From positions 1,736,001 through 1,800,000 of the forward strand of contig OZ037838.1 of NCBI GenBank assembly GCA_964035575.1: 64,000 nucleotides of DNA. Reading direction: 5' to 3'. Source of the DNA: Rhynchopus sp. YZ270_cl-10. Taxonomy: Eukaryota. Position numbers and translations under genes: made by a program. Position 1 is the stretch's first letter. Each line of letters starts with the position of its first letter. This document shows positions 34,005 through 42,931 of the stretch, piece by piece. Under the pieces are notes generated by a model. That model worked only from the letters and a program-made list of their open reading frames with translations. It had not been told where the DNA came from and ran no database searches.

Positions 34005-35164
34005 ATGGATGTGACCTTTGTGCTAGAAGAGTCAGGCGTGACTGCGACAGTGGAGGTGCCGTGCGAGGCGGACGTTGCAGCGGCAAAGGAGGTTGCGTGC
34101 ACGGCGCTTGCTGTCTCGCCTGCGTCTGTCGAGATGCGCATCGGCACGCAGGTGCTGGAGGGGACGTGCCGTCTGCAGGACACTGCGTTTGATGCAGGGG
34201 TGCAGGTTGTGCTTTCCCGCCCTCGCTTTGCCGACATCAAGTGTCCTGCTAAACACAGTGTGCCAGACAACTTGTGCAACTTCTCGCTGTCTCCTTGTGG
34301 AACGCTCTGTCTCTATTTCCACTTGGAACGTTCCAATCCCAGTGGTGGTATCGGTAGTACCGGTGTCGGCTTTGACACAGAAACCTTCGAGACTGCCTTT
34401 AAGTTTGAAACCAAATGTCGTGGGCTTGGTCGAGCTGCCATCTCACGGTGCAAGACACACTGCTACTTGGCGTTCAGGCGTTGTCTTGCCAAGGTTGCGC
34501 TTCCGGGTGGGGAGGTGCTCTGCAAAGTCGACGGCAACTTTCACTCAGTGTTCACGTGTGGTGTTGTTGTTGTCTCCCAAGGTGAAGACGGCGTCTCTGT
34601 GTATGACGAAGACCTGACGTTGCTCCGCTCTCTCTCTCGCACAAAGGGTGCATGAAGGTGGCAGTGTCTGACTGTGGTGGGTGGGTGATCACCGCCTCCC
34701 TCAGTGAGAACAACGCACGTCTGTGGGATGTGAACACGGGTGAAGCTGTGGCATGTGTGCCTGCGGATGAGAGGTTCGTGGCGCTTTCACGATGTGCCTC
34801 TGTCTTTGCTGTGGTGTGCTCTGAAAAAGTGCAGCTCTACGACTGGAGTGGTGCGGCTCTTGGCAGCTTTGAAGAGGAGGAGTCTCGCGTCTTTGCCGTG
34901 CAGTTCACTCCGTGTGGGAAGTACGTCGTTATTGGCTTTGTGAGTGGTGACTTTGTTCTGGATTCTGAAGAGCACACCCTACACCAGTATGATGTGGCGA
35001 CCATGTCCTGTGTGCATGTGATACCAAATGCCGACCAAGCTACGTTTGCGATATCGCCGTGTTCACGTGTCGTTTTGTTTGAGTCAGGAGATAGTGACGA
35101 CCTTGTGTCACAGCATCTCTACCCCTACTTGAGTGATGTTTCGGAAGAAAACAGAGAAGAGTAG
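34005..35164 (+). pseudogene. UBL + WD40 paralogue with a +2 frameshift
   Basis: An extra CT unit in ctccgctctctctctcgc (~34627-34639) splits the ORFs 33927..34655 and 34652..35164; otherwise full length. Confidence 0.8.
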
Positions 35165-35542
35165 CCCTCATGAGCACAACAGCGTGCAGCTCTATGATTG
35201 TAGCAGTGCGGCTCTTTGCAGCTTTTATGAAGCATGCGTATGTCAGGGCGTGCAGTCCACCCTGTGTGGGAAGTACCTCCTCGCTGTCGCTGACTACTGC
35301 GGTGTGTTGCTATCGTGCGTTGCATCAGTATTTGCGTTGCACCCTCTACCTACTAGCCTGTGAGGGAATTCATTTTGAGACATTTTCACGATTAACGACC
35401 ACACCACCCTATTCCTCTCTTTTTCACTTTTTCCTTGTTCCAACCCTCTTTTGTTATGGAAACTGCAGACGCAACTAAAACATCGCAAACACACAAAACA
35501 AAGCAACCCACACCTCATCACTCAGCATAAGAAGACAAAACA

Positions 35543-36649
35543 ATGGATGTGACCTTTGTGCTGGAAGAGTCAGGCGTGACTGCGACAGTGGAGGTGCCGT
35601 GCGAGGCGGACGTTGCAGCGGCAAAGGAGGTTGCGTGCACGGCGCTTGCTGTCTCGCCTGCGTCTGTCGAGATGCGCATCGGCACGCAGGTGCTGGAGGG
35701 GACGTGCCGTCTGCAGGACACTGCGTTTGATGCAGGGGTGCAGATTGTGCTTGCCCGCCGCACTGCCGACATCAAGTGTCCTGCTGAGTACAGTCTGCAG
35801 AAGGTGACAGACAATTGCTCGCTGTCGGGTTGTGGAACGCTCTGCATTTACCGTGACAACAGTGGCCGCGTTAGTGGCTTCGACACCGAAACCTTCAACA
35901 CTTCCTTCGAGTTCACACTAGCCTCTTCTGTTGTCAACGCGCCTGCCATCTCGCAGTGCAAGACACGCTGCTACCTGGTGCGCGAGGAAGGCTTACGCGT
36001 GGTTGCGCTTCCGAGTGGGGAGGTGATCCGCAACGTCGCTGGCCTCTCGATGTCAGTGTTCGCGTGTGGCGGTGTTGTTGTCTTGCAAGTCCTGGGCGGC
36101 GTCTCTGTGTATGACGAAGACCTGACGTTGCTTCGCACTCTCTCTCACGAAGGGTGCGCTGTCATTGCAGTGTCGGACTGTGGTGGGTGGGTGATCACCT
36201 CATCTTGTGTGCAGAGAGACGCACGTCTGTGGGATGTGAACACAGGTGAAGCTCTTGCATGTGTGCCTGTATCAAGACGTTGTCGTGTTGTCGCGCTTTC
36301 ACGGTGTGCCTCTGTCTTTGCTGTGGTGGGGCTGAACAGAAGCGTGGAGCTCTATGACTGGAGTGGTGCGGCTCTTCGCACTATCGTTGTGGGTGAGAAT
36401 GTTGTGGGCATGCAGTTCACCCCATGTGGGAAGTACCTCGTCGTCAACTTAGCATTAGCTTATTGTATGACTGATTCTAGTTTGAAATACGAGCTTCGCC
36501 AGTATGATGTTGCGAACATGTCCTGTGTGCTCAGGATTGAGAATGTGAGCAGCCCATCGCTTGCGATATCGCCATGTTCACGTGTGGTTGTGTGTCAGGA
36601 AGGCTCCTCCATTGTCACCAGACATCTGTACCCATACAACAGTGAGTGA
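35543..36649 (+). CDS. UBL + WD40 beta-propeller protein
   Basis: Intact 368-aa paralogue. Confidence 0.9.
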   Translation: MDVTFVLEESGVTATVEVPCEADVAAAKEVACTALAVSPASVEMRIGTQVLEGTCRLQDTAFDAGVQIVLARRTADIKCPAEYSLQKVTDNCSLSGCGTLCIYRDNSGRVSGFDTETFNTSFEFTLASSVVNAPAISQCKTRCYLVREEGLRVVALPSGEVIRNVAGLSMSVFACGGVVVLQVLGGVSVYDEDLTLLRTLSHEGCAVIAVSDCGGWVITSSCVQRDARLWDVNTGEALACVPVSRRCRVVALSRCASVFAVVGLNRSVELYDWSGAALRTIVVGENVVGMQFTPCGKYLVVNLALAYCMTDSSLKYELRQYDVANMSCVLRIENVSSPSLAISPCSRVVVCQEGSSIVTRHLYPYNSE

Positions 36650-36931
36650 TGTTTTTTTTTATATTTAGTAAACACGTAGTGTTTGACAAAATGCTCGAGA
36701 CCCTCGTGAAAAGTCGCGCGTCTGCGTATCCGCTCCCCGCTTGTTTTCCCCCTCTATTCCCCTCTGTGCTCCACGACACTTTCTGTACTTCAGGCAAACA
36801 CAACCATATCATTAATCAAGTCGAAGAAAGTTTTTGTGTTCTACACAACGAAACTATCACAAACACACAAAACAAAACAACGCACACCTCACCTCCTCCC
36901 AACAGAAGTGGAACAAGAAGAAGACAAAACA

Positions 36932-38039
36932 ATGGATGTGACCTTTGTGCTGGAAGAGTCAGGCGTGACTGCGACAGTGGAGGTGCCGTGCGAGGCGGAT
37001 GTTGCAGCGGCAAAGGAGGTTGCGTGCACGGCGCTTGCTGTCTCGCCTGCGTCTGTCGAGATGCGCATCGGCACGCAGGTGCTGGAGGAGACGTGCCGTC
37101 TGCAGGACACTGCGTTTGGTGCAGGGGTGCAGGTTGTGCTTGCCCGCCGCTTTGCCAACATCAAGTGTCCTGCTGAGTACAGTGCAGATCGTAAGTTGTG
37201 TAACTTATTGTCACTCTCGCGTTGTGGAACGCTTTGTGTCTTCCGTGACGGTTTGGGACTTTTTGTGGCTTCGACACAGAAACCTTCGAGACTGCCTTCC
37301 GATTCGGCGCTGACAGTTGGTTAAGTGCATGCGGTGAGCCTGCCATCTCGCAGTGCATGACACGCTGCTACCTGGCATGCGAGGAAGGCTTACACGAGGT
37401 TGCGCTTCCGGGTCGGGAGGTGCTCCGCAAGTCGACGGCTTGTCGAAGTCGGTATTCGCGTGTGGTGGTGTTGTTGTCTCCCAAGGTGAAGACGGCGTCT
37501 CTGTGTATGACGAAGACCTGACGTTGCTCCGCTCTCTCTCGCACGAAGGGTGCACAGACATGGCAGTGTCTGACTGTGGTGGGTGGGTGATCACCTCCTC
37601 CAAAGTGGAGGACAAAGCACGTCTGTGGGATGCGCACGCAGGTGAAGCTGTTACATGTGTGCCTGCGGCGGGCGTATGCAAAGTCGCGCTTTCACGGTGT
37701 GCCTCCGTCTTTGCTGTGGTGGGCCGTGGCAAAGTGCAGCTCTATGACTGGAGTGGTGCGGCTCTTCGCAGCGTTGTTGTGGGTGCGAGCATTGACGGCG
37801 TGCAGTTCACCCCATGTGGGAAGTACTTTGTCGTCATCTTATTATTAGCCTATTGTATGACTGATCAGAGTGCAAAATACGAGCTTCGCCAGTATGATGT
37901 TGCGAACATGTCCTGTGTGCTCAGGATTGAGAATATTAGTAGCTCATCGTTTGCGATATCGCCATGTTCACGTGTGGTGGTGTGTCAGGAAGGCTCCTCC
38001 ATTGTCACCAGACATCTGTCCCCACACAACAGTGGGTGA
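36932..38039 (+). pseudogene. UBL + WD40 paralogue with two frameshifts
   Basis: The frame changes at ~37250-37263 and again at ~37430 (cgcaagtc versus cgcaaagtc in paralogues). Confidence 0.8.
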
Positions 38040-38898
38040 TGTTTTTTTTCCCGCGTTGGTGGGTGAGGGGAGATAAAACAATTATCCCCCCTTTTTCCCC
38101 TTTTGTTTTTGTGCTGAGTATGTAATACATCTGTTGGATATGAAGGGCTCTTTATCCAAACGGCAAGTGGATGCGTAATAATTTTATTGTATACAAACAT
38201 ACGAAGCGGTACGCGTACGGTTTGTTAGGAAATAATACAAACCGAAATGATTGGGCTCTTTCGGATTGAATGATTTGAATAGTGTGTGTGTGTGTTCGGA
38301 AATAGATACTGTCTCTTTTCTGTCTTGTTTAATGTTCATTGTTTCCCTTTCATTGCCCTTTGCTTGCTTCCCGACTCCAATTCAATCAATACTCACAGAG
38401 GGGGGGCCAAAAATACAATTAGCGTTTCTCGTTTTTCAAAAAAAAAATAATAAAAGAAGAAAGAAAGTAAGCACGCATATCCGTCCCTCTGTGTATGATG
38501 CACTTGTGAAGCCTAATAGTGCACTGTTGTTGCTTTTTATCGCACAAGTATACCTGTTAATACAATTACAGCACACAGATGCAGCAAAATGGCTCGCTTT
38601 TGCGGGTGGCGAAATGTCTTCTCTTTGTTCTTCGACTCAGCTGCTTTAAGCGCGAGTTGTTTTACGGATCCAGGAGCAGGAGCTAGAGTATTTGCGTTGC
38701 ACCCTCGACCTACTAGCCTGTGAGGGAATTCATTTTGAGACATTTTGAGGATAACGACCACACCACCCTTTACCTCTCTTTTTCACTTTTGCTTTGTTAA
38801 AACCTCTCCTGTTGCTGAAACCATCACAAACACACAAAACAAAACAACCCACACCTCACCTCCTCCCAACAGAGGTGGAACAAGAAGAAGACAAAACA

Positions 38899-40011
38899 AT
38901 GGATGTGACCTTTGTGCTGGAAGAGTCAGGCGTGACTGCGACAGTGGAGGTGCCGTGCGAGGCGAACGTTGCAGCGGCAAAGGAGGTTGCGTGCACGGCG
39001 CTTGCTGTCTCGCCTGCGTCTGTCGAGATGCGCATCGGCACGCAGGTGCTGGAGGGGACGTGCCGTCTGCAGGACACTGCGTTTGATGCAGGGGTGCAGG
39101 TTGTGCTTGCCCGCCCTCGCTTTGCCGACATCAAGTGTCCTGCTGAGTACAGTCTGCCGGAAGACTTGTGTAGCTTCTCCCTGTCTCCTTGTGGAACGCT
39201 TTGTGTCTTCCGTGACGACTTGTCTGGGATTTTTTGTGGCTTCAACACAGAAACCTTCGACACTTTCTTCCGATTCGACGATGACAGGTGGTTAAGTGCA
39301 TGCAGCGCGCCTGCCATTTCGGCTTGCAAGACACGCTGCTACCTGCCGTGCGAGGAAGCCTTACACGAGGTTTCCCTTCCGGGTGGGGAGGTGCTCCGCA
39401 AAGTCGAAGGCGTCTCGCACTCAGTGTTCGCGTGTGGCGGTGTTGTTGTCTCCCAAGGCAAAGACGGCGTCTCTGTGTATGACGAAGACCTGACGTTGCT
39501 CCGCACTCTCTCGCACGAAGGGTGTGTGCGCTTGGCAGTGTCTAACTGTGGTGGGTGGGTGATCACCTCCTCTAGAGTGGAGGACAAAGCACGTCTGTGG
39601 GATGTGAACACAGGTGAAGCTGTTACATGTGTGCTTGCGGCGGGCGAACGCAAAGCGGCGCTTTCACGGTCTGCCTCTGTCTTTGCTGTGGCGAGCTGTG
39701 GCAGCGTGCAGCTCTACGACTGGAGTGGTGCGGCTCTTCGCAGCGTTGTTGTGGGCGCGAGCATTGACGGCATGCAGTTCACCCCATGTGGGAAGTACCT
39801 CGTCGTCAACCTATTTTTAGCTTTTTGTATGACTGATTATAGTTTTAAATACGAGCTTCGCCAGTATGATGTTGCGAACATGTCCTGTGTGCTCAGGATT
39901 GAGAATATTAGCAAGTCATCGTTTGCGATATCGCCATGTTCACGTGTGGTTGTGTGTCAGGAAGGCTCCTCCATTGTCACCAGACATCTGTACCCACACA
40001 ACAGTGAGTGA
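38899..40011 (+). CDS. UBL + WD40 beta-propeller protein (last array copy)
   Basis: Intact paralogue. Confidence 0.9.
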   Translation: MDVTFVLEESGVTATVEVPCEANVAAAKEVACTALAVSPASVEMRIGTQVLEGTCRLQDTAFDAGVQVVLARPRFADIKCPAEYSLPEDLCSFSLSPCGTLCVFRDDLSGIFCGFNTETFDTFFRFDDDRWLSACSAPAISACKTRCYLPCEEALHEVSLPGGEVLRKVEGVSHSVFACGGVVVSQGKDGVSVYDEDLTLLRTLSHEGCVRLAVSNCGGWVITSSRVEDKARLWDVNTGEAVTCVLAAGERKAALSRSASVFAVASCGSVQLYDWSGAALRSVVVGASIDGMQFTPCGKYLVVNLFLAFCMTDYSFKYELRQYDVANMSCVLRIENISKSSFAISPCSRVVVCQEGSSIVTRHLYPHNSE

Positions 40012-40792
40012 TGTTTTTTTTCCCGCGTTGGTGGGTGAGGGGGGACAAAACAATTATCCCCCATTTTTTCCCCTTTTCTTTTTGTACTGAGTATGCAATA
40101 CATCTGTTGGAAATGAAAACACCCAGGCAAGTTTGCCATCATAATATTATCCAAGTCACACTTGCTGAGGTGGATGGACAATTAAGGTCCCGCAGTGAAC
40201 CTCGATTCGCTTGTGGAGTTGGGGACTTCGGCTTTCGGGTAAGTCGACGTTCGTCGGTCGTATCTGCGACCAGCTTTCGCCTCTGCACACACTTCCTCAT
40301 CCGTACCCTCAGTATGAGCTTTCTCAACGACTCTGATTCCTTCGCACCTTTGGAGACAGCAGATGTGATCCGGAGCCTCTTGTCGGTACATTCTCGTGCG
40401 TTTGCCTTCTTCTTCTGCTCATCTTTAATGGTGATAGGAGCCACTTCTTAGCCGTTCTGGTGACGAGCACCTGGCGTTCTTGTCTGGTGTCTTTTTCGTG
40501 TGGGATGGCGCCCCTCTCCCGTCTGCGACGACGCAGACTCGCAGACTCGTCCCAGGTGTGGGCATCGTACTCCTTGCGCCTTCCACCTCCTCCTTCGTGC
40601 TTTGCACACAAAGAATTGGCCGACTGTTGTGGTCACCTGAGAGCTTTTTTTTTCTGTTCGGTGTCACAAACGCGGAAGCCAGCACCACACTCTCCTCCCT
40701 CACCCCCCAAAAAACCCCCCCCCCCCACTAGTTACAGGACTGGCTCTCACACATTGGCCATCTCCCCTCTCCCCCTCCCCCTCCCCACTCAA

Positions 40793-42931
40793 ATGTTTTG
40801 CTGCTGCATGCGAGCGCAAGATGACGACTCACGGAAGAGCATCGACATGGAGCGGATAAGGCTAATGAAGGACAGCCACCGCTTGCGGTCTGCGGAGGAA
40901 AAGAAACGGAGGACTGGTGCACCGACACGTACAACACGCTCTGAGAAGCGTGGCGAAGAGGACAACCTGGGGGACAGCTTCAACTCCACTATGTCCCGCG
41001 CATCGCTTTGGGATAAGGTGACGGATCCACGCAAGCGGGTCAGCTGGCAAGGCCCTGCACGGTACAGCGGCTACAACACCAGCACCACTGCCGAGTATGA
41101 GTCTGCCCACAGCGGGACCTCTCATGCACAGCAAACCAGCGACGCCAGCATCCCCATCCGCACTGCCTCAACACAACGCATGGCATATTCACAAAAACGC
41201 AGCAGTTCCTCCAAAGACGTCCACGCCGCCACAGTCACCGGGTCCACAAACCGCCGTACTCTCCTTTTTGAGCTCGCAAGCGATAATGAAGACGAAAGCG
41301 GTGCCCCTCCACCTCCTCTGGCTTGCGACGAAGTGGTTGGAAATGTCGCAGCGAGTCTCCTCAGGAAGGTGGAGGACGAAGCCGTCTCCTCGCCTCTGAG
41401 TGAGAAGCGGAGCTCAAAGGGAAGCGAGAGCGACAACAACAACACCACAAACACCACCACCAACAACAGCAGCCGTGCCGACTCCGACAGCGACAACAGC
41501 AGCACCCACAGCCACCTCCTCGCGCACCCTTCTCTCCTCGCCCAATGCATCACGCCTGGCTCAGGAGGGGGCTCCCTTCCATTTGTCCCTGCCTGCCTGC
41601 ACAGCTCTCTGGAAGAAGACCACCACCCCAACCCTTTCACCGAACCAACACAGACTGCGCACGCAAGCGAAGAGTACCGCAGCCTGCAGCACTTCCTCAA
41701 AAAGGAGTTCATCGAGGTGGAGGAGGCCTACGTCGCTGCGCTGGACCTTGCCTGCGAGGAATACCTTCGTCCACTCATGGCAGTCCCCGGCCTACAGGGA
41801 ACCATTGTCAACGACGTTCTCGGATCGCTCTACAATATTAAAGCCTGCAACGTTATGTTCCTCAAGGAGCTCCGCGAGACCGCAGGCCGGCAGGCATCCG
41901 ACACCAGCAAATTCCCTTACTCCGAAGTCGACTTTGGCCCCGCCTGTTTGAACCATATGAGGACGTTCCGTTCTATTGCCTCCTATTTCGCGTTGTACGA
42001 ACAGTTTTGCACCTTTGCGCATAAGTGCGACTCCGTCGACCTTCTCGCTGACACAACAAAACGCGGCAAACGACTCTCCCTTGATCCATGCGCAGAAATC
42101 CCTGATGAATCTCTCCTCGCAGAAGGCATGCGCGCATTCAACGACGTCACCAAAGAGGTTCAGGAACGCATCGAAGCCTCGCACGAAGAGTCTTCTCAGG
42201 ACTATTCTATTCTAGGCCTGTTGGTACGACCGATCCAAATGCTTGCAAGATATCGCACTATTTTGCAGCGTTTGGTGGATAGCACGCACGAAACCGAACA
42301 TGGTTATGCATTACTTCAGGAAGCCTGCCTAGAGGCTATTGGAGTATGCAATTATTGCAATCAGAGGAAAAGGGAGCATGATGGCGCGCTTATGGTGACG
42401 GAGGTGGAGAAGAAGTGGTCGTTGACTGGATTGGCGGGAAATGGAAGGCATTGGATCATGGATGCAGAGTTGGCAATTTTAGTGGAGTCTTCTGGTGCAG
42501 CGGTGGAAACGCCGGTGCGCAGTCCGCTAGCAATCCCTCTGCCTGCAGTGGTGCGCCGCCTTCACAAATGTGTCGTCTTCCTCTTCAACAACCTGCTTCT
42601 CTGCATCTACGCAAAGGAGCGCGGAGAGGCCCTCCTCCCCGAGTCTCCTGTTGCCGACAAAGTCTACCTCGCAGTGGACGTTCACTCGATCGCCTCCATC
42701 CGTCCAGATATCTCCCCACCCACCCTCGCGCAACTCGAAACCACAGAAGGCGAAGCGCCGCCCACAGCGCACCGTACCCTCTCTGTACGTGAGCGTGGCG
42801 ACTTCTCGATCGACCTGGTGTTCCCGACAGAAGCGCAAAAGAACCTTTGGTACGAAACCCTTAAGGGGGTTACCCTGAAACAGCGGGACCCTAAACAGCG
42901 TTCAGTGATTGGCTTAGATTTGCATGACTAA
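40793..42931 (+). CDS. Rho guanine-nucleotide exchange factor (DH + PH domains) with N-terminal Cys cluster
   Basis: DH motifs KEFIEVEEAYVAAL and LLVRPIQMLARYRTILQRL..T; PH motifs VFLFNNLLLC and FPTEAQKNLWYETL; first ATG after a C/T tract gives MFCCC. Confidence 0.85.
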   Translation: MFCCCMRAQDDDSRKSIDMERIRLMKDSHRLRSAEEKKRRTGAPTRTTRSEKRGEEDNLGDSFNSTMSRASLWDKVTDPRKRVSWQGPARYSGYNTSTTAEYESAHSGTSHAQQTSDASIPIRTASTQRMAYSQKRSSSSKDVHAATVTGSTNRRTLLFELASDNEDESGAPPPPLACDEVVGNVAASLLRKVEDEAVSSPLSEKRSSKGSESDNNNTTNTTTNNSSRADSDSDNSSTHSHLLAHPSLLAQCITPGSGGGSLPFVPACLHSSLEEDHHPNPFTEPTQTAHASEEYRSLQHFLKKEFIEVEEAYVAALDLACEEYLRPLMAVPGLQGTIVNDVLGSLYNIKACNVMFLKELRETAGRQASDTSKFPYSEVDFGPACLNHMRTFRSIASYFALYEQFCTFAHKCDSVDLLADTTKRGKRLSLDPCAEIPDESLLAEGMRAFNDVTKEVQERIEASHEESSQDYSILGLLVRPIQMLARYRTILQRLVDSTHETEHGYALLQEACLEAIGVCNYCNQRKREHDGALMVTEVEKKWSLTGLAGNGRHWIMDAELAILVESSGAAVETPVRSPLAIPLPAVVRRLHKCVVFLFNNLLLCIYAKERGEALLPESPVADKVYLAVDVHSIASIRPDISPPTLAQLETTEGEAPPTAHRTLSVRERGDFSIDLVFPTEAQKNLWYETLKGVTLKQRDPKQRSVIGLDLHD

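Noticed and set aside
517..39295. Recurrent alternative-frame ORFs (MQRQRRLRARRLLSRL.., GCDLCAGRVRRDC.., and antisense MSAKRRASTTCTP..)
   Set aside because: Shadows of the invariant GC-rich UBL block; they use non-ATG starts and have variable ends.
1..40011. Diversity-generating retroelement as the source of variation
   Set aside because: No intact reverse transcriptase or template/variable repeat pair; variation includes indels and all bases and is spread over all blades, not adenine-specific.
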